The notes under the pieces are model-generated. The model saw only the letters and a program-made list of their open reading frames with translations. It was not told where the DNA came from and searched no databases. A stretch of DNA of 64,000 nucleotides from the NCBI GenBank assembly GCA_035765775.1, contig DASTWV010000062.1, positions 6,887-70,886 of the forward strand. Reading direction: 5' to 3'. Origin of the DNA: Actinomycetota bacterium. Lineage in GTDB: Bacteria > Actinomycetota > CADDZG01 > JAHWKV01 > JAOPZY01. The position numbers and the translations under genes were made by a program. Shown here one piece after another: positions 8,562 to 16,893 of the stretch (the first letter of the stretch is position 1; the number at the start of each line of letters is the position of its first letter).

Positions 8562-10511
8562 CTACGAGGTGGCCGGGTTCGGCGCCGCCGGCTGGGGCTT
8601 CGCCGCCCTCCCGGTGTTGGGCGACGACGACGGCGGGATCAGCTGCAGGACCATCGAGTCGGCGTTGTGGGTCAACTCGGTGGCCACGCCGCTGTTCACC
8701 ATGGTCTGGCCCAGCTGGTAGGACCAGTTGCTGGGCAGCGAGTCCAGGGCCTCCCCGGCCGCCTCCTGGCCCCGGGTGATGATCACGTACACCGGTACCC
8801 GGCCGAGGCCGTGGTCGGCGGCCACGTCCTCGACGCCCTTGACGCTGGGCGGGTCCACCGTGTTCTGGACCGACTCGTAGTCGTACAGGTTCACCTTCTC
8901 GTACCGCCAGGGGATCTGCGGGAACAGCGAGATGAGCGTGGAGTGTTCGGGGGCCACCTTGTAGAGGTACTGCACGCTGGCGAGGTCGGCGCTCGAGACC
9001 CGGTCGAACCGCTCGTTGCCGTAGCGGGCCACCAGCCACGCGGGGGCGAATGCGGTGGCCACCACGCAGAAGAGGATCGCCGGGCCGATGACCTTGTTCG
9101 GGTCGGAGGACGGCATGAACGCCATCGCCGCCATGATGCACACGAAGGGGAGGGCGAACAGGTAGGCCCGGAGCAGGGCCTCGCCGCCGTAGCTCTGCAC
9201 CACCAGCAGCGGGAAGGGGGCCGCCCCCAGCAGGACCATGCTCCAGTCGCCGTAGCCCAGCCGCCGGCGGCGGATGGCCCCGACGGCCGCGAGGAGGGCG
9301 ATGGCGCCCGCCAGGGCGATGCGGATGTCCAGCACCTCCAGGCGGCCGGCGCTCCCCTGGATCCGGCCGGTGAGGCTGGTGTTCACGTTGGCCCCCAGCT
9401 GGCCGACGCCACCGAAGATGTAGCTCAGGTGCCCGGACCAGAACGGCACTGCTCCCAGGCTGATCCAGGCGACCGTGATGGCGCCGAAGAGCACCGGGAA
9501 CCCCCGCAGGTTGGTGCGCCCGAAGATCGCCAGGGCGATGAGGCCGCCGATCAGCAGGAAGGGGGTCAGCTGGTGGCTGACCGCCATGGCGGTGAAGATC
9601 ACCATGACGGCGGCGATGAGGACGCCGCGCTGGGCAGGCGTGGACCGCACCGTGATCCGCTCCTCGCCCCGCCCCCCGACCACCCGCATGGCCCGGCCCA
9701 GGGCGCGCTGGAGCCGGGTCCCCCGGCCGGGGTCGGGCATCGCCGGGCGGAACCACCGCAGTGCCACGGCGACGATCACCAGGAAGAAGAAGAAGCTGAG
9801 CGCCTGGGGCGAGAAGTAGTCCTGCCCCACCCAGCTGGCCAGGTAGAACAGGGCGAGGCTCATCCACCAGATCCGCTCGTTGCGGGTGATCGCCCGGCAG
9901 ATGGCGTACAGCGGCGCCAGGTACATCAGGTTGAACACCAGGGGAGCCCAGCGCAGGAAGGCCTGCGGTGAGCTGAGCCCGGCGGCTTTCGACAGGAATG
10001 CCGCCAGAGCGAAGAACCCCGGCCAGCTGAACCGGGCGTCCAGGGTGGGCAGCGTGTGGCCGGTGGTGGCGATCTGCTGGGCAAACCCGGCGTGCAGCCA
10101 GGCGGTGGCGAACGAGGCGTGGGGCTCGACCAGCGGCCCGAGACCGTCGAGGAGCAGCACCAAACCGAAGATCTGGAAGGCCAGCAGCGGGCGGCGGAGC
10201 GGGCGCTGCACCAGCGCGAAGCCGAAGCTCAGCATCACCAGGCCGATGGCGACGAAGTAGGTGGGGCCGGCCACGGTGATCAGGCCGAGGTCGCCCAGCT
10301 TGGAGGAGTCCACCCGCAGCAGGGCCAGTGTGGCCATGATCAGTGCGGCGACGGTCATGAGCGCCATCTGGCCGGTGCTCAGCCCGACCCGGCGGGGCGG
10401 GAGCACCTCTAGGGGCTCGTCCTCCAGGACCACGCCTGCCCCGCGGCCGTTGTAGCCCCCGCCGGGCTGCGGTGGGGCGCCGGCCAGGCGCTGGCGCTCG
10501 CCGGTGGCCAT
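8562..10511 (-). CDS. large polytopic membrane protein with C-terminal extracytoplasmic domain (GT-C-like or polymerase-like candidate)
   Basis: 649 aa with many hydrophobic helices in the first ~470 aa, followed by a soluble ~170-aa C-terminal domain. It is the last gene of the GT2-Wzx-X minus-strand unit, 16 nt after the flippase stop. The fold assignment is inference only. Confidence 0.55.
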   Translation of the reverse strand: MATGERQRLAGAPPQPGGGYNGRGAGVVLEDEPLEVLPPRRVGLSTGQMALMTVAALIMATLALLRVDSSKLGDLGLITVAGPTYFVAIGLVMLSFGFALVQRPLRRPLLAFQIFGLVLLLDGLGPLVEPHASFATAWLHAGFAQQIATTGHTLPTLDARFSWPGFFALAAFLSKAAGLSSPQAFLRWAPLVFNLMYLAPLYAICRAITRNERIWWMSLALFYLASWVGQDYFSPQALSFFFFLVIVAVALRWFRPAMPDPGRGTRLQRALGRAMRVVGGRGEERITVRSTPAQRGVLIAAVMVIFTAMAVSHQLTPFLLIGGLIALAIFGRTNLRGFPVLFGAITVAWISLGAVPFWSGHLSYIFGGVGQLGANVNTSLTGRIQGSAGRLEVLDIRIALAGAIALLAAVGAIRRRRLGYGDWSMVLLGAAPFPLLVVQSYGGEALLRAYLFALPFVCIMAAMAFMPSSDPNKVIGPAILFCVVATAFAPAWLVARYGNERFDRVSSADLASVQYLYKVAPEHSTLISLFPQIPWRYEKVNLYDYESVQNTVDPPSVKGVEDVAADHGLGRVPVYVIITRGQEAAGEALDSLPSNWSYQLGQTMVNSGVATELTHNADSMVLQLIPPSSSPNTGRAAKPQPAAPNPATS

Positions 10512-10527
10512 CAGGCCCTCGCCCCGG

Positions 10528-11892
10528 TCATGGCGCGTGCACCCCGGCGGGCGCCGGGGCGGGGTGGGCCAGCATGCGCAGGATCGAGGGGAGGACGGCG
10601 GCGGCCACCACGATCTGGCTGGCGAGGTACGCCACCCCCACGCCGCTCAGGCCCAGGTGGCCCATGAGGATCCAGGAGAAGCCGGTGATCGAGACGAAGA
10701 GCGCCCCCTGGGCCAGGGCGATCCGGCTCACCTTGCGCTCCACCCGCGACAGGGCGATGTACAGCGAGGTCACCGCCTTGAACAGCACCGCCACCGCCAG
10801 CAGCCGCAGCAGGGTGGAGGCGTGGACGGCGTAGGGGCGGGTGTACACCGACAGGATCAGCGGGGCGAAGCCCACCAGGATCACCTCGGCCGGAACGATG
10901 ATGGCCAGGATGCGGCGGACGACCACGGCCGCCTGCTGGCGCAGCGACGCCCGGTCGATGGCCCCCTCCACCATGAGCGCCACCCCCAGGTTCACGGTCA
11001 CCAGGTCCAGGGCGTAGATGATCACGTACACCACGCCGAAGTAGCCGGCGTTGGCGGCGTTGAGCCGGACCGTGATCAGCAGCGGCAGGATGGTCCCCAT
11101 CGCCATGAAGAAGACGGTGCCCAGGTAGTCCCCGCCCATGAACCGGGCCATGGTGGCGAAGGTGACCGGGGCGGTGTGCGCGCTGGCCGAGACCCGCTCC
11201 CGGGCCACGTGACGGGGGAGCAGGTGCCCGAAGATCAACAGGTTGACGGGCACCAGGGCGATGGCTGCCGGGACGATCCATGAGAAGAAGATCCCATAGT
11301 GGCGCAGAACGTGGGCGATGGCCACGAGCATGACGATCTTGCCGATCCCGTACAGGCCGTTCTCGACCGGGATCCACACCGCCTGCCGGATGCCGGTCAG
11401 CACCGCGTCCTGCAGGGCGAACACGCACCACACCGTGACCGACGCACCGAAGAGGAGCCCGAGGCCCCACCCCCGCCCCACCACCGCCGGGAGCCCGAGG
11501 CTCGGGATGTGGAGGCCGATCAGGTAGAGGAGGCTGACCAGCGCGCCCGCCCCCCCGGCGAATCCGTACGAGATGACCGCCAGCCGGCGGGAACCGGTGC
11601 CGGCGTGCGGGATGAAGCGGGTGAGGGCCGCCTGGAAGGTGAGCTGCCCGCCGACCCCGGCCAGCAGCTGCATGAGGTTGATGGCGTCCACGCCCAGGCC
11701 CACGTTGGTCTTGCTGTAGAGGTGGGTGGCCAGGATCCAGTAGGCGAAGCCCAGCACGGACGTGAGACCCACGTTGACCACCAGGGCGTAGCCGTTGCGC
11801 AGCAGCGGGTCCCGCCAGTCGGCCAGCAGCCGGCGCACGGGGTGGCGGAGGAGGCTGACGGGAGGAGCCGGCGGGGCGGCGACTTCGGCCAT
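10528..11892 (-). CDS. MOP/Wzx-type polysaccharide flippase
   Basis: 454-aa protein with roughly 12-14 TM helices. The N-terminus LLRNGYALVVNVGLTSVLGFAYWIL...LTRFIP resembles polysaccharide biosynthesis (Wzx) proteins. It lies 6 nt downstream of a GT2 gene. Confidence 0.75.
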   Translation of the reverse strand: MAEVAAPPAPPVSLLRHPVRRLLADWRDPLLRNGYALVVNVGLTSVLGFAYWILATHLYSKTNVGLGVDAINLMQLLAGVGGQLTFQAALTRFIPHAGTGSRRLAVISYGFAGGAGALVSLLYLIGLHIPSLGLPAVVGRGWGLGLLFGASVTVWCVFALQDAVLTGIRQAVWIPVENGLYGIGKIVMLVAIAHVLRHYGIFFSWIVPAAIALVPVNLLIFGHLLPRHVARERVSASAHTAPVTFATMARFMGGDYLGTVFFMAMGTILPLLITVRLNAANAGYFGVVYVIIYALDLVTVNLGVALMVEGAIDRASLRQQAAVVVRRILAIIVPAEVILVGFAPLILSVYTRPYAVHASTLLRLLAVAVLFKAVTSLYIALSRVERKVSRIALAQGALFVSITGFSWILMGHLGLSGVGVAYLASQIVVAAAVLPSILRMLAHPAPAPAGVHAP

Positions 11893-11898
11893 GGCCGG

Positions 11899-13200
11899 CT
11901 AGCCCCGGCTCCGCTGGGTCCGGCGGGTGCGCACCCGGCTGCGCAGGTAGCACCACGGGCCGAGGAGCACACCCCCCATCTCGGTCAGGGTGAGCTGGCG
12001 GGGGAAGGTGGAGGTCTTCTTGTCGTTCTTGGCCGACCCCGGGTTGAGGAAGTACAGCGCCCCCCGGGGGATCCGGCGCAGCATGTCGAGGCGGTGCCCC
12101 GAGGTGGCCATCGTCTTGGTGAGCACGGAGGCCAGCCCGATGCCGTAGCCGCGGACCGTGCGGCGCAGGTCGTCGTACTCCCGCCGATGGCGGTGGCGGA
12201 CCAGCGAGCGGGGCTCGTAGACCAGCCGGTGCCCGGCCAGCACGATGCGCAGGAAGGCGTCGAGGTCCTCGCCGCCCTTCGCCGGCGTGGCCGGGCCGAG
12301 CGACGTGTCGAACCCCCCCAGCGCACGCAGGATGGCGGGGTCGAAGGCGGCGCTGGCCCCGGAGCCGAAGCGCCCCACCGAGTACGGGTAGAGCGGGTCG
12401 TCGGGCGCGTACTCACCCAGGTCGAACACCTGCTGCTCATACCCCTTGTCGAACCCGCCGAACTCTTCGATCCAGATCTGGGCGGGCGTCTCCAGCTCGG
12501 CGGGCAGGATCATGCCGGTGACGCACGCCACCCCCGGGGCGGCCTGGAAGCCCAGTACCAGGCTGCGCAGCCACAGGCGGTCCACCACCACATCGTCGTC
12601 CAGGAAGGCCACCACGCCACCGGTGGCCTCGCGCAGGCCGCGGTTGCGCCCAGCGGACGCTCCCGGCGTGGTCTCGACCACGTAGGCCACCCGCGGGTCG
12701 TTCCCGAAGCGCTCGGCGATGGCGTCCCGGGTGGCCGAGGAGCTGGGGGCATTGTCCACCACGATCACCTCGAGGGACGGATAGTCGGCCGCCAGGACCG
12801 AGGCGACGCACTCGCAGACCGGGCCGGGGCGCTCATGGGTGGAGATGACCACCGAGGCAAAGGGGAACTCGGCATCGGGGTGGCGCTGGCAGGGGGGCCG
12901 GGTGCCGCCCGCCGTCCCCGTCACCAGTCCGCGGGTGCCGAGTGACTCCACCGGGTCCAGCCCGTCGTGGGCCAGGTGCCCCAGGAGGGGGCCGCGCAGC
13001 TCGGCCCATGCTGCCTCCGCCAGGGCGGCGGGCGGGACCGGGCCTTGGGCGAGATCGATCTCCAGCGTGCCCAGGGGCACGCCGTGCAGCCGGACGAGGA
13101 CCAGGGCGGAGCGGGCGGCGGTGTCACCGGGCGCGCCCGGGTCCAGCGTGGGGAGGGGCTCGGACAGCTCGACGTCGAGCACCCGGGCAGGGGCCTGCAT
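11899..13200 (-). CDS. family 2 glycosyltransferase
   Basis: It has FASVVISTHERP...LEVIVVDNAPSS...GASAGRNRGL...VAFLDDDVVVD (GT-A fold, DxD). The start was chosen at the ATG at 13200 (MQAPARV, GGAAG upstream). The track start at 13305 adds 35 low-GC3 codons and is less likely. Confidence 0.8.
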   Translation of the reverse strand: MQAPARVLDVELSEPLPTLDPGAPGDTAARSALVLVRLHGVPLGTLEIDLAQGPVPPAALAEAAWAELRGPLLGHLAHDGLDPVESLGTRGLVTGTAGGTRPPCQRHPDAEFPFASVVISTHERPGPVCECVASVLAADYPSLEVIVVDNAPSSSATRDAIAERFGNDPRVAYVVETTPGASAGRNRGLREATGGVVAFLDDDVVVDRLWLRSLVLGFQAAPGVACVTGMILPAELETPAQIWIEEFGGFDKGYEQQVFDLGEYAPDDPLYPYSVGRFGSGASAAFDPAILRALGGFDTSLGPATPAKGGEDLDAFLRIVLAGHRLVYEPRSLVRHRHRREYDDLRRTVRGYGIGLASVLTKTMATSGHRLDMLRRIPRGALYFLNPGSAKNDKKTSTFPRQLTLTEMGGVLLGPWCYLRSRVRTRRTQRSRG

Positions 13201-13477
13201 GGACTTCCAACCGGCCTTTCTGGCGAATCGGACAGTGAGGGCGCGATCGACCGCAGCTCCTCCGGCACATTGATTACACCTCGCCAAAGCGAGTGTGTCA
13301 ACCACGGAGTAGACGGCTCTTCGTATAATTGCGATGCACCCTAATTCTTTCCGAGTGGCTATAAAGTTTCGATCCCGGGTTGCCGAAGAAAGGAGTTGGA
13401 ATTAACGGGCAGCGTGCATGCCGGGGGGCAGAGCGGCCCGGGATCGCTACCGTGCCGGACACCCACATGGAGGACGA

Positions 13478-14416
13478 GTGAGTACCGACGCGCTGAGCTT
13501 CTCGGTGGTGGTGTGCGCCTACACCGAGAAACGCTGGGACGAGATCGTGGCGGCCGTGGCGTCGCTCCGGGACCAGACCCACCCCCCCGCCGAAATCGTC
13601 CTGGTGGTTGATCACAACCCCGACCTCTTTGCGCGCGCCCGCGCCGAGCTTGCCGGTGTGATCTGCGTCGAGAACGAGGGCAAGCAAGGCCTCTCCGACG
13701 CGCGCAACGCCGGCCTCCATGCCGCCCACGCCGACATCGTGGCCTTCCTGGACGACGACGCCGTCGCCGAGCCGGGCTGGCTGGCGCTGCTGGCGGAGGG
13801 CTATGCCGATCCCGCCGTCCTGGGCGTCGGCGGCTTCGCCCAGCCCGCCTGGCTGGCCGGGCGCCCGGCGTGGTTCCCCAAGGAGTTCGACTGGGTGGTG
13901 GGCTGCACCTACCTCGGGATGCCCACCACCGCCGCCGCGGTGCGCAACATGGTGGGCTGCAACATGTCGTTCCGCCGGGAGGTGTTCGACGGCCTGGGCG
14001 GGTTCAACGCCGCCATCGGCCGCCTCGGGACCCGACCGGTGGGCTGTGAGGAAACCGAGCTGTGCATCCGCCTCAGCCAGCACAATCCGGGGGCGGTGAT
14101 CCTCTTCGACCCCCGGGCCGTGGTGCACCACAACGTCCCCGCCGGCCGGGGGACCTGGAAGTACTTCCGGGCCCGCTGCTACGCCGAGGGGCTGTCCAAG
14201 GCGGCGGTGGCCGACCTGGTGGGGGCGGACCAGGGCCTCAGCGCCGAGCGGCGCTACAGCACCGTGACCCTTCCCAAAGGGGTGCTGGCCGGTCTGGCGG
14301 CGGGAATCCGGGGCGATCGCTACGGATTTGCCCGGGCGGGCGCTATCGTTGCCGGGGTGAGCATCGCAACCCTCGGCTACGGTCTCGGCCGCCTGGCACC
14401 GAAGAGGTTCCTGTGA
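13478..14416 (+). CDS. family 2 glycosyltransferase
   Basis: It has FSVVVCAYTEKRW...EIVLVVDHNPDL...GLSDARNAGL...VAFLDDDAVAE. The GTG at 13478 is preceded by GGAGGA, and an alternative ATG lies at 13418. It is divergent from the GT2 at 11899-13200. Confidence 0.8.
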   Translation: MSTDALSFSVVVCAYTEKRWDEIVAAVASLRDQTHPPAEIVLVVDHNPDLFARARAELAGVICVENEGKQGLSDARNAGLHAAHADIVAFLDDDAVAEPGWLALLAEGYADPAVLGVGGFAQPAWLAGRPAWFPKEFDWVVGCTYLGMPTTAAAVRNMVGCNMSFRREVFDGLGGFNAAIGRLGTRPVGCEETELCIRLSQHNPGAVILFDPRAVVHHNVPAGRGTWKYFRARCYAEGLSKAAVADLVGADQGLSAERRYSTVTLPKGVLAGLAAGIRGDRYGFARAGAIVAGVSIATLGYGLGRLAPKRFL

Positions 14417-15294
14417 GGCGGCCCGCCCTCGATGCTACGCAGGGCGACACAGCCGGCAACGGAGCCGCCAACGGGCTCCTGCCGGGGACGGCCGTCCCCA
14501 TCCTCCTGTACCACGGTGTCGGCTCCGATGCGTCCAGCGAGCTCCGCCGCTTCACGGTGTCACCGGCGGCCTTCGACCAGCAGATGACGATGCTCGCCGA
14601 GCAGGGCTACACCACCCTGACGGTCTCGGAGTTCCTGCCCGCCCTGCACGGCAACCCCGCCGGACTTCCGGCCCGGCCCGCGCTGATCACCTTCGACGAC
14701 GGGTTCGCCAACACCCTCACCGAGGCGCTCCCCATCCTGGAGCGCCACGGGTTCGCCTCGACGCTGTACGCCACCACCGGCTTCATGGGCGACGGTGGGA
14801 AGGGGGGCAGGCGGGGGGTCAACCGGTCGGGCGACGCCATGCTCTCCTGGGATGAGCTGCGCGAGCTGGCCGAACGGGGCATGGAGATCGGGGCCCACAC
14901 CCACAGCCACCCGATGCTGGACACCCTGCCGGCCGAGGCCGCCCGGGCGGAGATCACCGGGTCCAAGGACCTGATCGAACAGGCCCTCCAGGCCCCGGTG
15001 CGCAGCTTCGCCTACCCGCACGGGTACTCGAGTGCGGCGGTGCGCCGCATGGTGGCCACCGCTGGCTACACCTCGGCGTGCGCCGTGAAGAACGCCCTCA
15101 GCCACCCGGCCGACGACCGGTTCGCCATCGCCCGGCTGACCATCGAGGCAGGCCACAGCCTGGAGAACGTGGACGCCATGATCAGCGGCCGGACCACCCG
15201 GCTGGCGCCCTCCCGGGAGCACCTGCAGACCACCGGCTGGCGCTGGGCACGGCGGGGCATGGCCCTCTACCGGCGGGCCCGGGAACGACCGTGA
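14413..15294 (+). CDS. polysaccharide deacetylase (NodB/CE4 family)
   Basis: The GTG at 14413 overlaps the upstream stop (GTGA). It has ILLYHGV...ALITFDDGFANT...FASTLY...EIGAHTHSHPML...FAYPHGY. Confidence 0.8.
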   Translation: MRRPALDATQGDTAGNGAANGLLPGTAVPILLYHGVGSDASSELRRFTVSPAAFDQQMTMLAEQGYTTLTVSEFLPALHGNPAGLPARPALITFDDGFANTLTEALPILERHGFASTLYATTGFMGDGGKGGRRGVNRSGDAMLSWDELRELAERGMEIGAHTHSHPMLDTLPAEAARAEITGSKDLIEQALQAPVRSFAYPHGYSSAAVRRMVATAGYTSACAVKNALSHPADDRFAIARLTIEAGHSLENVDAMISGRTTRLAPSREHLQTTGWRWARRGMALYRRARERP

Positions 15295-15707
15295 GCACCT
15301 CCCACCGGGCCGCGGCGGGCCTCGGGCCGCTGGGCGGCTACTGGCGGCCGGCCACCGTCGCCATCCTCGTCGCCGGTGCCTTTGCCTTCCACGGGGCGGT
15401 CACGGGCAGCAGCCTGGGCGCCATCCGCGGGACCTTCACGCTGCTGCTCATGGGCTTCGGCCCCGGGTTGGCCATCATGGGGGTGCTGCGGGTGGACGAC
15501 ATGGTCCTGGAGCTGAGCCTGGCGCTGGCGCTCAGCCTCGCCATCGACACCTTGCTGGCCATGGGCATGATCCTGCTGCACCACTGGTCGCCCACCAACG
15601 GCCTGTTCCTGGTGATGGCGGTCAGCGCACTCGGGTGCCTCGTGCAGGCCAGCCAGGTGCGCCGCCTGAAGGCCAGGCCCCGCTACCAGACCGGGGAGCA
15701 GGCGTGA
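15291..15707 (+). CDS. small integral membrane protein (about 4 TM)
   Basis: The GTG at 15291 overlaps the deacetylase stop (GTGA). The 138-aa product is hydrophobic, and no family was recognised. Confidence 0.5.
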   Translation: MSTSHRAAAGLGPLGGYWRPATVAILVAGAFAFHGAVTGSSLGAIRGTFTLLLMGFGPGLAIMGVLRVDDMVLELSLALALSLAIDTLLAMGMILLHHWSPTNGLFLVMAVSALGCLVQASQVRRLKARPRYQTGEQA

Positions 15708-15949
15708 GCTCGGCCCTCACCAAGACCACGCTCACCTTCCTGGGCAGCCACAGCTTTGTCCGGGCCTCGGGGTGGGTGGCCGTCGTCGTGCTCACGCTGC
15801 TCATCATCCTGCTGGTGGAGAAGGAGGCCGTCCGGGCGGTCGTGCGCTCCGGCCCGCCCTCCGCCCGGCGGATCTTCGATGTCGCCGCCCTGCCGCTGCT
15901 CCTCACGCTGGCGATCGTGGTCATCCAGCGGTTCCGGGTGATCGGGTGA
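15704..15949 (+). CDS. small membrane protein (2 TM)
   Basis: The GTG at 15704 overlaps the upstream stop (GTGA). The product is 81 aa: VSSALTKTTLTFLGS...WVAVVVLTLLIILLVEKE...AALPLLLTLAIVVIQRF. Confidence 0.4.
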   Translation: MSSALTKTTLTFLGSHSFVRASGWVAVVVLTLLIILLVEKEAVRAVVRSGPPSARRIFDVAALPLLLTLAIVVIQRFRVIG

Positions 15950-15956
15950 CCGGAAC

Positions 15957-16805
15957 GTGAGCACCGACCTGCTCTCCCCGGAGGGCGACCTGGATCCTGC
16001 CGAGCCGCGCCCCCGGCGCCGCGGGTCCCACGCCATCGAGTTGGGCTACGCCGTCGCCATCATCCTGGCCGAGCTGGTCGGCCTGCGGGACCCGCTGCTC
16101 AGCGGCGTCTGCCAGGGCGTCCTGCTGGTCGTGCTGATCAATCACTACGCCATGTCGGAGCGGGACGAGCGCCAGCCGCTGCTGCTGGCCATGGCGGTGG
16201 TGTGCCTGTACCGCGTCCTGGCCCTCACCCCCCTGTCCGGCGGCCACCTGGCCAACCGCCTGGCGGTCATCGGCGTCCCGGCTCTCCTGGCCGCTGTCCT
16301 GGCGATGCGCCTGCTGGGCTATCCCGGCATCGGGGGGCCGCTGCCCGACAAGCCCTCCTCGGGTGCCGTCCAGCTGGTGATCGGCCTGCTGGGGGTCCCG
16401 CTCTCCTATGCCGCCTACAAGCTCCTGAAGCCCACCACGGTGGTGACCTTCTCGGGCAACGGCCATACGACACTCTCCAATGTCATCACCGCCGTGACCG
16501 CGCTGGTGGTGTTCTCGGGCCTCACCGAGGAGCTCCTGTTCCGCGGCCTGCTCCACAGCGCGGCGAGGGCCACCTTCGGGCCGCTGGGCCTGTACGTGAG
16601 CTCGCTCCTCTTCGCCGCCGCCTACATCGGCACCCGCTCGGCCGCCTTCGTGCTGTTCGCCCTCGCCGTGGGGGCATTCTTCGGGTGGTGCGCCGAGCGC
16701 AGCGACTCCATCATCGGCGTGGTGCTGGCGCACGCGGTGATCAGCGTGGGGGCCTTCGTGGTGTGGCCGTCCCTGGCCAGCTCCATGGCCTCGCTGCACC
16801 TGTAG
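15957..16805 (+). CDS. CPBP (CAAX) family intramembrane glutamic endopeptidase
   Basis: Polytopic protein with the signature LTEELLFRGLL, followed by FAAAY and a C-terminal VVLAHAVISVG histidine motif. Confidence 0.75.
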   Translation: MSTDLLSPEGDLDPAEPRPRRRGSHAIELGYAVAIILAELVGLRDPLLSGVCQGVLLVVLINHYAMSERDERQPLLLAMAVVCLYRVLALTPLSGGHLANRLAVIGVPALLAAVLAMRLLGYPGIGGPLPDKPSSGAVQLVIGLLGVPLSYAAYKLLKPTTVVTFSGNGHTTLSNVITAVTALVVFSGLTEELLFRGLLHSAARATFGPLGLYVSSLLFAAAYIGTRSAAFVLFALAVGAFFGWCAERSDSIIGVVLAHAVISVGAFVVWPSLASSMASLHL

Positions 16806-16893
16806 AACATAGCGGGCGTGCCAGAGGCCGCGTTCATCCGGCTGAGCCCCTGAGCCCGGGCGGCACGGCCCACGGGAGTAGGCTCCCGCCCAT

